From assembly GCA_051294375.1 (NCBI GenBank), contig CM119266.1, positions 2,611,954 to 2,657,271 on the forward strand: a stretch of 45,318 nucleotides of DNA, written 5' to 3'. The translations under genes were made by a program, and so were the position numbers. Below, one piece after another: positions 13,978 through 25,751 of the stretch (the first letter of the stretch is position 1; the number at the start of each line of letters is the position of its first letter). The stretch comes from Paraspadella gotoi. Lineage: Eukaryota > Animalia > Chaetognatha. The notes below the pieces were generated by a model. It was given only the letters and a program-made list of their open reading frames with translations. It made no database searches and had not been told where the DNA came from.

Positions 13978-16900
13978 ACCTCTCTCCTCTCTCTCTCCCC
14001 TCTCTCTCTCTCTTTAAGGCGATTCGCCGCGGGGGATCGGTCTTCAATTCTCGATTCCCTTCAAAAATTGTGTGTAGGGATTTCCGGTAAATGGTTAATT
14101 TTTAATATATAATAGTTATAGGGAACAGTGGAGGATGCGGTTTGAGAACTAATCCTCCTGTCCGCTATAGGCCCGGTAATCAGTAAATCTGCGCCTTTTT
14201 GGAGTGAAATACTTGACATTACTCGTTGTTGCGATATTAATAAAAAAAACAAGCAAAATTTGCGAATGAAGTCAGTCTGTCTCTCTCTTCTCTCTCTCTC
14301 CTCTCTCGCTTCTCTCTCTCTCTCTCTGTCTCCTTTTTTTCATTTTCCTTTTTTTTTTTCTCAAATTCTTCTATTTTTTTATTTCACCTCCTTTTCCTTT
14401 CTTAAGAATTACTTCCCCTTTTAATATTAATTCTTTCTTCCTTTCACATCTTTTAGGTTTTTCTCCCTTCCTTTAATAATCTTTCGTCCTACTTTATCAT
14501 ATTCTCCTGTTTCTCTTAATTTTTCTTTTCCTTTGGTCACCTTCTCCCTTCCGCACTTACATCTTTCTCCTTCTATTCCTACCTGACCCTCTCATTTTTC
14601 TAACCTTCTCCTTTATTTCATTTTTCTTCCCTCATTTTTTTCATTCTCTTTCTCTTCCTTTATTCTCTCTCATTTTCCTCTCTTCCTCCTTAATTTTCTC
14701 TCTTCTCTTCCTCTCTTCTCATGATATTTTCTTTCTTCTCTTCTTCTCACTCCTTCTTCCTTATTATTTCTTCTTCGGCTTCAAACAAGGAAAACGGTTT
14801 CTTTGTTGGAGCGAACATAAAACAGATCTTCATTTTTTGGGCTCCACCCATAATTTATGGTCGCCACTTCCTCGCTACCGTGGGACAGCTCTTTGTACCA
14901 TCGCTATCCAGGGACAGTTCTCCTTTGCTCTTCGCTATCCTGAGACAGTTTGTATTTTCTTCCTTACAATACCTAAGTCTTAGGTAAGACAGTTTTCCCT
15001 TCTAAGTTTGTTTTTTCTTATGTAAAGTCTAATTTAAACTGAGCTTGACTTTGATTTTAAATGCATAAGACCCAAAGACACCAAAGGATCCAAAACGTAA
15101 AGAAAACTTGAAACTGGAATATTGACGCCAAAGGGAAAAATCTTAAAATTAATAGGATCTCGCCTACCTTCAATGATAACAAATATTGATGCGATGATAA
15201 CAAAAGGCGATTTGATGCGATGATAACCAAAAAATGATTGATGATGATAATCAATATTGATGCGATGATAACAATAATTGATTGCGGATGATGACGATGA
15301 TGAACTAATGATTGATGTGATAATTACAGAATGATTGATGCGACTGCATAGTCATTCAGATTTTATTTTTATTATTTTAAAGTTAAAATATAAGCCTTCT
15401 ATTAAAAAGGTCCTTGATTTCCCATTTTTTATAGATTTTTTTTAAAAAAATTTTGAATTTCATCTTCAATATTATATACTGCAATATGTAAATTTATATT
15501 AAAGCATTTCTATATACTAATTGGATATTATAATGAGTACTATAATCTCGTTTGCATATTGCAGTAAAAATAATGAATGAAATTCAAAAAAAATACTTAA
15601 ATCCAAATTGTAATAAGAGAAAATATCAAAGCTATTTCAAGATGAGAAGCCATATACTAAAATTTTTTTTAACTTACATATGATCGCACACTTTTGTAAA
15701 ACTTTATCATAATTCATAATAATTATTTATTTAAAAAAAAAACAGTCAGTCCCAGCCAAACCTATAAAAGCGTAGTAGTTTTTTTATTAAAAAACAGCGT
15801 AACGACGACGACGACGACGATGTCACAAAAAAGCTGACTGAATTAGCCAAAATAGCCATAGCCAATAGCCATAGCAGCTGAATCAATATCGAGCCTGAAC
15901 CGGCTTTTCGCCGGTAGTTTTTCTCGATAAAAACATTTTCATAGGGAATTTTTTGATGGATTCTGGCTCGACGAGTTTTTTTTAATAAAAACAAAAAGGT
16001 AATTCACAATGTGGCGCCGCAGTGACTGCCTATCACGTGTATTTCTCGTGACATGACATGAAAATACATGGAATATGTGACATACCATGACTACATGACT
16101 ACAATAACTTTCTTCGCTCGTGTATTTATGACATTCACTGCATCAAAATTAGTCTTTTTATTTTTAGAGTTCCTGAAGCGGCGCTGCAGTCACTGAGATT
16201 TGAAGGTTTTTTTCCTGTCTTAACAAAAGAGCAACCATCTATAAGGAAATTATATGATTTTTAACGTTAGTGTGACATACCGACGGACAGACATACGACA
16301 GACGGACCGAAAGACCGACCGAAAAGTGACTTATAGGAGTTGCTCGTGAGTACGGCGAACTAAAAAAAGTTCAACTTTCGGAAAACGACCTGCTTTCTAG
16401 GGAGTAACTGTCCTGTGCAAAAAAAAAACGCGCCACTTTATAACTTTAATTCCAGACACTTTTATAAATATTCTTAAAAACTTATATAAAAGATTTATTT
16501 TTTTTAAAAAAGGAATCAATGTGTCTAAATTTTATAACAATCGGTCAAGTGTTTAGGAGATATGATTTTTAAACTTAAGTGTTCCAAAACCAAAAAGGAA
16601 ATTGACTTTTAAGTTTTATCTACATAGGTTTTTTTAACTAAAAAAATTATAAAAAAAGGCTATTATTACTCAGATATCTATATCTGTAAGATGAACCAAA
16701 ATTTTAAAATATTTTTTTTTTTATAAAAATGTATTTTATAATATAGGATCCTATTCAATGAAAAAAAAAATTTTTAATTTAATCTTTACAAAGAATTTTT
16801 GAAATTGTTACAACCATTTTATTATTATTAAATGCAGACATGTTTCGACTCTGGATTTTCAAGTCTTCATCAGCGCTTATTATTAACCAGTTAACTATTA

Positions 16901-18328
16901 ATAATAAGCGCTGATGAAGACTAAAAAATCCCAGAGTCGGAACATTTTCTGTATTTTTAATAATAATAAAATTGTTGTTAACAATTCAAAATTTTTTTGT
17001 AATTCTCTATACAACAACGAAAAGAAAGGATATATCATGGATACCTAAAATTTAATCATATTATTGATGAGCACATTATTAAGAAAGTAAGCAAGCTAGA
17101 CTACTGGGAGTTAAAAAATAAAAAAAACAGCAATTTTTTACCAGGGTACAAATCTGAAATTATTATCAGATAATTTTAGCTACCATATTTGATCATTTCA
17201 TATCAATATATATATATAGGAGTCTACGTCGTCTTAGAAATCGAGAAGACTTTTTCAATGGAGATTTTTGTTTAAATCTGACTACCAAATATGTCAACGC
17301 CCCTGGAAAAATTCAGGTAAAAAATAGATGTAAAAACATCGATTCCGATCCTGTTGCATCTGAAGGGCTCGCATTTTTTTTCTCTTGACAAAAATAACCA
17401 TCATTTGGACATCGAACCATTGATTCAAAATGGACTGGTCCGCTCGGGAAAATATTTTTGATGCAATTTTTATATATAAAATAAAGGGATTTCTCAACTT
17501 CAATACAATGTCAACGCATTGTAAGGTATGTTGTCTTTTACAATAAACTCGAATTCAGGAATCTGATAGCAATATGTCTGAAGGGCTCTCAAAATTTTTG
17601 TTTACATTTCATTTGGTATTTTGAATATGATACGATCATGTTTAGAAGTGAATTAGTCCATTTTGTGAAATTTTATTTAAAGTAAAAAGTAAAAGAGGAG
17701 CTAACGATCGGAATTCTAAGAGTTTTCAACCGGGAGTCAATTCTGAAAAAATCTATATGGCGAAAATCTTCCAAAGAGGGATGGATTTTCCGAAGATTTT
17801 GGTTAATATTGTCTATATTTATTGGTCGGATTTTTTGAAACTTAAAATAGCAAATATTGCCATCATCTACATTGGCCGGTCAAAGAATATATTAAAAAAC
17901 CTCTGACTTTTCTTTGTCAGAGCTTAGTCCTAATATATATATACTTTAAAATCACTTTAAAATTTTTTTTTAAAATTCAAATATGTAGGATGATTTTTTA
18001 AAGTCTGAAATATTGGCCCGTTTTTTTTGTTTTTTTTTAAGCAGGACAGTACATTTTGACTAAGTGACAGTCCCGTCTTCAAGTGTAATCTATTAGCGAC
18101 AATCTCGACGGGTCCGCTTCATTATTTCAAAATCTCGCAATCGCTGACGATTTTTTATTCCGTCACCTATTTGGACTTGCGTTTTTCCCTGGTAACGTAT
18201 TTATATGATTGATCGATTTAATTTCAAAGATATTTCACATTTTGGGAACGCGTAACTATTCAAAACCTTTTAAATCGAAGTCAATTAGGGATCTAAGAGA
18301 ATTTTAAACGTCGTCGTCGTCGTGTCGT

Positions 18329-18372
<44 letters not shown>

Positions 18373-18757
18373 CGTCGTCGTCGTCGTCGTCTCTAAGTTC
18401 ATTTCTATTTTTTCAGTAAAATTTAAAAAAACTCGATCCTGAAAAACCCAAAAACGGAGATCGATCGATCGGCTCGATCGTCATGTCCTTCGACGCGGAA
18501 AAGATCGATACGACGTGGACGCCATCGTCGAAGGCCTCGGCTACAGCGCCTTCAACGTCGTCCCATTCTTCGTGCTGCGTTTCAACTCGTCCGTCGCCAG
18601 CGATGAACGTCGCCGTCACCACATTTAGCGTCTTCGTCCCCTGGTTACGAGGAGAAAGTCTGCCGCAATGGATCACCCGGTGGAGTGTGTTGAACAAATA
18701 TGTTGAAATTAGTTTAAAAATCAAATTTATAAATCAAATCCAAAAGTTAACGTTGTT

Positions 18758-18796
<39 letters not shown>

Positions 18797-21163
18797 AGAG
18801 AGAGAAGGAGAGAGAGAGAGAATGCACTTGTAAATTCTCCTACGATTTGCTTAATACTAATTTATAATTTCCTGTGCATGTGACGTCTCTTCAACAACAT
18901 GCATTAACTTGATATTTTTGAAGTCCCGCTCACAAACCTTGGATAAAATGCGTATAACCAAAAAAAAATAGTTTATTAGTTCGTAAATATATATTCTCAA
19001 CCATAAGTTTGAATGAAAATAAAACCGTAAACAGAACCCACTCCACTTCAGCAACTTGAGCTTTGACGGCTCCAGTACCCAAACCTCTACATTCTCCTGA
19101 TGCTGGAATTCAACTTGAACCTGCACCAACCTTTTCGTGGCCAATCTGGCTTCCACGCTCTTCTTCTTAACAGGACTAACCTCCTTTGTCGTACCTCCTT
19201 TGGCCGACAGATTTGGGCCGAAAACCGATTCTCTTTGTCGCCATTTCTCTGCAAGGTGTCGGCTATGGTTCGGCTATTTCGTCCAAAGCGCCCGAGGGAT
19301 ATTTGGTCTTTCGGTCATTTTGCGAGTTTTGCACGTTAGTGCCAGTTGGGGCGATTAAATANNNNNNNNNNNNNNNNNNNNNNNNNAGAGAGAGAGAGGG
19401 AGGAAGAAGGTAAAAAAGAAGGAAAGAAAGAAAGAAACAAAGAAATAAAGATTAAAAAATGAAAGAAAAAAATACCGGTTTTATGAAGGAAATCTTTATC
19501 ACCTCCATCCAACTTTCGTCTTCTATAAAAAAATTCCCAAAATATTCTAAATTGAAAATTGGAGAAATCTCCAGACAAAAAAATGTTGGAATAAAAAAAA
19601 TTAGACAATAAAAATGGATTTAATTCGAGGACCTGGCAGTTTTATAGATGAAGAAATAAAATATATTAAAAGCTATATTGAAAACGAGACGGTAATACAA
19701 CTCATTAACTGTTTATCTCTTTTAAAAATAGATGTAAAATTGCATATTGACGAAAAACAACTCCTTTTCAATAACGCCGATCCAAAAATAATTTTGGAGT
19801 CTATTTGTATCCCCCTTTTTGTATGCACTGTTTCAACTAACTGCAGTAAACGAATAAAACACATTTTTTATGTAGATTCAAAGTCTTAATTTAAAATTTT
19901 TTTTTACAAACGGAAACTCGAGGTTAAAAGTCACGGGCGAAAGGACATTCCTTTTTCTTTACTCGTTCCCCAAGCGAAAAGTTTACTTTCTCCCTTTTTT
20001 ATTTTCTCCTTAATTTGCACTTTTTCCTTCTCTTTTTATTATCTCCTTCCTTTTCACTTTTGTCCTTTCTTTTTCCCTCCATTTCTTTTACCTTTTCCTT
20101 ACCTCGTCCTCTCTTTCATCGTCGCTTTTACGCCTCATTACCTTCAACAATCACCTCAGTTTAAGTTTCTCACTTTTTTTCTTTTTTCTTTTCCTCGTTT
20201 CTTTCACAATTCACTGCGTTTATTATTTCCATCTCTCACACGATCCAGCTGTTGCACTGTTGGCCTTTGGCTGTTGCCTTTTGCTGTTGCCGTTGGCCTT
20301 TGGCTTAACTGTTGGCCGTTGGCCTTTAGCTAAACTGTTGGAGACTTCTCTCGATGATAACTTGATAACAAATTTTTTAGAAGAAAAATTCAATTTTTTA
20401 TAAAAACATTTTTGGGGAGATTTCAAAAGAACGGCGTACCAACATACATAAACTAATTAAAAACACTAGTAAATTAAAAATTAACAAAATATCATGCTTA
20501 TTTTTTTTTTAAAGACGAAAAGATTAAATATTCCACGCGAAATTCTCGTGAGAAAAAGGAAGATGATCTTCAGAGTTTTTCTCGCAAAAAATAAGTCGAA
20601 CTGAAAATGGCGCGAAGAAGGAAAAAGGAAAGAAAAGTTAAAAAAGAAAACGAAGGAAAGGAAAAATAGAAAAGGAAAGGAAGGTAAAAAAGAAAAGAAA
20701 AGGAAAGGAAGGGAAAAAAGAAAAGAAAAGGAAGGGAAGGGAAAAAGAAAAGAAAAGAGAAAGGAAGGGAATAAAAAGAAAAGGAAAGGAAGTGAAAAAA
20801 GAAAAAAAAAGGGAAAAAAGAAAAGGAAGGGAAAAAAGGAAAGGAAAGGAGGGAAAAAAGAAAAGGAAAGAAAAAAAAGGAAAGAAAAAGAAGAGGAATC
20901 TCTAGTCTGGTTTTGCGCTAATGAGGAAACTCGTTCGAGTTTTGAGCGCATAGGAAAAAATCCCAGGCTGTTTTTCCTTTTCTTTCTTTTTGTCTTTCTT
21001 TCTTCTTTCTTTCTTTCTTTCTTTTTCTTTTCCTTTCTTCTTCTTTCTTTCTTTCTTTCTTTTCTTTCTTTCTTTCTTTCTCTTCTCTCTCTCTCTCCGG
21101 AGGACATAAAAAAAATCTCGTTCTTTGTTTTCGCCTTTTTCTTTCATCTCACGTCGATGCAAC

Positions 21164-21242
<79 letters not shown>

Positions 21243-21764
21243 CCTTCTCCTCTCCCCCTCCCTCCCTGCCCCCCCACCTCCCCCTCTCCCTCCCCTCTCT
21301 CGCCCTTAGATTCGCAGACCGGGCCAAGAGCGTGAAGACCAGCGCCAATCATCAACGAATCTCCGACAGAAAAAACTCATTCGGGAATTGAGAGAAGAGA
21401 ATGAGAAACTCAAAGCCGCTTTGCTGCAAGGGGGAATGCCGCAGGTGAGTTGCCGTAAAAGGGGCGTGCTGGCAGGTAAGGTCGTTTCTGTAAAGGGGTG
21501 AAGGACCTCAACTGAGGGGTTGCTGCAAAGAGCGGTTGCCCTTGGTGATGGCTTGCGGAAAAGAAGGCGGGATTGATGTGAGAGGTTGCTGTTAAGAGAA
21601 CATGGTGCAGATGGTCATCAGTCAGATGGTCATCAGTCTCCAGCCAAGCATCGATGTTGTTGTTGTTTTGTTTTTTGAATTGTTTTTGACGTCGATAGCA
21701 TCTTAGACGTCGTTATCGTCATTGCCTTGTCCAAAGTCTTCATCTTCATCGTTCTCTTTCTCTT

Positions 21765-21800
<36 letters not shown>

Positions 21801-22087
21801 GCAGCGGTGGGTGGGGGAAATTTTCGGGATTTTTCTTTGGAATTTTGCATAAAGTAAAAAAGAAAAGGGGCTGTTTTCGTCATCGTCTTCGTAGACGTTG
21901 TCGAGATATTACGCGGGCCAGATCCTTGCAGTTGAAACTTTTAAACTTCACGCAGTTTCGTGGAAGCTAATTATAAATTTATAAGTTTACCGCCACTACG
22001 CCCTACAGTGGGCTTTGTTGGGGATTTCATTCCCGGCATATCCCTACCTCAATTCATGACGGAGATGAGAAAATGGCCCACTCTCTC

Positions 22088-22140
<53 letters not shown>

Positions 22141-25100
22141 AGGGATTCGCGGCGGGATCGGTCTTCAATCTGCGATTCCCTTCAAAAATTGTGGTGGGGA
22201 TTTCCGGTAATGGTTAGAAAATATATAGTTGTAGGGAACAGTGGCAGAGTGCTGTGAGAACTATCCCCTTATAGCCCGTTCAAACTGCGCCTTTTTGGAC
22301 GGCGTAATACTTGACGTTGTCGTTGTTGACGATATTAAAAAAAAAAACCAAGCAAATTTGCGAATGAGTCAGTCTTCTCTCTCTCTCTTTTCTCTCTCTC
22401 TCTCTCTCTCTCTCTGTCTTCTGTCTCCTTTTTTCATTTTCCTTTTTGTTTTTTTTCTCAAATTCTTCTATTTTTTTATTTCACCTCCTTTCCTTTCTTA
22501 AGAATTACTTCCCCTTTTAATATTAATTCTTTCTTCTCACATCTTTTAGTTTTTCTCCCTTCCTTTAATTATTCTTTCGTCCTACTTTTATCATATTCTC
22601 CTGTTTCTTCTTAATTTTTCTTTTCCTTTGGCTCACCTTCTCCCTTCCGCACTTACATCTTTTCTCCTTCTATTCCTACCCTGACCCTCTCATTTTTCTA
22701 CCTCTCTCCTTTATTTCATTTGTTCTTCCCTCATTTTTTCATTCTCTTTCTCTTCCTTTATTCCTTCTCTCATTTTCCTCTCTTCCTCCTTAATTTTCTC
22801 TCTTCTCTTCCTCTCTTCCTCATTAATTTTCTTTCTTCTCTTCTTCTCCTCCTTCTTTCCTTTTATTATCTTCTTCGGCTTCAAACAAGAAAAACGGTTT
22901 CTTTGTTGGAGCGAACATAAAACAGATCTTCTTTTTTTGGGCTCCACCCATAATTTATGGTCGCCACTTCCTCGCTACCCGTGGGACAGCCCTTTGTACC
23001 ATCGCTATCCCAGGGACAGTTCTCCTTTGCTTCTTCGCTATCCCTGAGACAGTTTTATTTTTCTTCCTTACAATACCTAAGTCTTAGGTTAAGACAGTTC
23101 TTCCCTTCTAAGTTTGTTTTTTCTTATGTAAAGTCTACATTTAAACTGAGCTTGACTTTGATTTAAATGCATAAGGACCCAAAGACACCAAAGGATCCAA
23201 AACGTAAAGAAAACTTGAAACTGGAATATTGACGCAAAGGGAAAAAATCTTAAAAGAATAGGATCTCGCCTACCTTCAATGATAACCAAATATTGATGCG
23301 ATGATAACCAAAGGATTGATGCGATGATAACCAAATGATTGATGCAATGATAATCAAATATTGATGCGATGATAACCAATAATTGATGCGATGATAACCA
23401 AATGATCGATGTGATGATAACTAAATGATTGATGTGATAATAACCAAATGATTGATGCGATGATAGTCATTCAGATTTTATTTTTATTTATTTTAAAGTT
23501 AAAATATAGCTTCTCATTAAAAAGGTCCTTTGATTTCCCATTTTTATTATAGATTTTTTTAAAAAATTTTGAATTTCATCTTCAATATTATATACTGCAA
23601 TATGTAAATTATATTAAAGCATTTCTATATACTAATTTGGATATTATAATGAGTACTATAATCTCGTTTGCATATTGCAGTAAATAATGAAGTGGAAATT
23701 CAAACAAAAATACTTAAATCCAAATGTAATAAGAAAATATCAAAGCTATTTCAAGATGAGAAGCCATATCTAAATTTTTAACTTACTATGATCGCACACT
23801 TTTGTAAAACTTTATCATAATTCATAATAATTTTTATTTAAAAAAAAACAGTCAGTCCCAGCCAAACCTATAAAAGCGTAGTAGTTTTTTTATAAAAACA
23901 GCGTAACGACGACGACGACGACGACGTCACAAAAAAGCTGACCTGAATTAGCCAATAGCCAATAGCCAATAGCCATAGCCAGGCTGAATCAATATCGAGC
24001 CTGAACCGGCTTCGCCGGTAGGCTCGATAAAAAATCCATTTTCAATAGGGAATTTTTTGATGGATCTGGATCGACGAGTTTTTAATTAAAACAAGAAAGG
24101 TAATTCAAATGTGTTGCGCCGCAGTGACTGCCTTATCACGTGTATTTCTCGTGACATGACATGAAAATACATGACATGATGTGACATACCATGACTACAT
24201 GACTACAATAACTTTCTTCGCTCGTGTATTTATGACATTCACTGCATCAAAATTAGTCTTTTTTATTTTTAGGAGTTCCTGAAGGCGGCGCTTGCAGTCA
24301 CTTAGATTTGAGGTTTTTTCCTGTCTTAACAAAAGAGCAACCATCTATAAGGAAATTATATGCATTTTTAACGTTAGTGTGACATACCGACGGACAGACA
24401 TACCGACAGACGGACCGAAAGACCGACCGAAAAGTGACTTATAGAGTTGCTCCGTGAGTACGGCGCAACTAAAAAAAGTTCAACTTTCGGAAACCGACCT
24501 GCTTTCTAGGAGTACTGTCCTGTGCAAAAAAAAACGCGCCACTTTATAACTTTAAATTCCAGACACTTTATAAAAATATTCTTAAAAATTATATAAAAGA
24601 ATTTATTTTTTTTAAAAAAGGAATCAATGTGTCTAAATTTTATTACAATCGGTCAAGTGGTTTAGGAGATATGATTTTTTAAACTTAAGTGTTCCAAAAC
24701 CAAAAAGGAAAATTGACTTTTAAGTTTTATCTACATAGGTTTTTTTTAACTAAAAAAATTATAAAAAAAGGCTATTATTACTCAGATATCTATATCTGTA
24801 AGATGAACCAAAATTTTAAAATATTTTTTTTTATAAAAAATGTATTTTATAATATAAGGATCCTATTCAAATGAAAAAAAAATTTTTAAATTTAATCTTT
24901 ACAAAGAATTTTTGAATTGTTACAACCATTTTATTATTATTAAAATGCAGACATGTTTCGACTCTGGGATTTTCGAGTCTTCATCAGCGCTTATTATTAA
25001 CAGTTAACTATTAATAATAAGCGCTGATGAAGACTAAAAAATCCCAGAGTCGGAACATTTCTGTATTTTAATAATAATAAAATTGTTGTAACAATTCAAA

Positions 25101-25696
25101 ATTTTTTTGTAAATCTCTATACAACAACGAAAAGAAAGGATATATCATGGATACCTAAAATTTAATCATATTATTGATGAGCACATTATTAAGAAAGTAA
25201 GCAAGCTAGACTACTGGGAGTTAAAAAATAAAAAAAACAGCAATTTTTTTACCAGGGTACAAAATCTGAAATTACTGTATCAGATAATTTAGCTACCATA
25301 TTTGATCATTTCATATCAATATATATATATATACTTTAAATCACTTTAAAATTTTTTTTTAAAATTCAAATATGTAGGATGATTTTTAAAGTCTGAAATA
25401 TTGGCCCGTTTTTTTTTGGTTTTTTTTAGCAGGACAGTACATTTTGACTAAGTGACAGTCCCGTCATTCAAGTGTAATCTAATTAGCGACATCTCGACGG
25501 GTCCGCTTCATTATTTCAAAATCTCGCAATCGCTGACGATTTTTTATTCCGTCACCTATTTGGACTTGCGTTTTCCCTGGTACGTATTTATATGATTGTA
25601 TCGATTTAATTTCAAAGATATTTCACATTTTGGGAACGGCGTAACTATTCAAAACCTTTTAAATCGAAGTCATTAGGGATCTAAGAGAATTTTAAA

Positions 25697-25751
<55 letters not shown>

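Larger units (their letters stand above)
24898..25113. mobile_element. Palindromic Penelope-like pLTR remnant with hammerhead motifs, copy B
   Basis: Near-perfect inverted repeat centred at ~25005: TTTACAAAGAATTTTTGAATTGTTACAAC...CATCAGCGCTTATTATTAA versus TTAATAATAAGCGCTGATG...GTTGTAACAATTCAAAATTTTTTTGTAAA. Confidence 0.72.
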
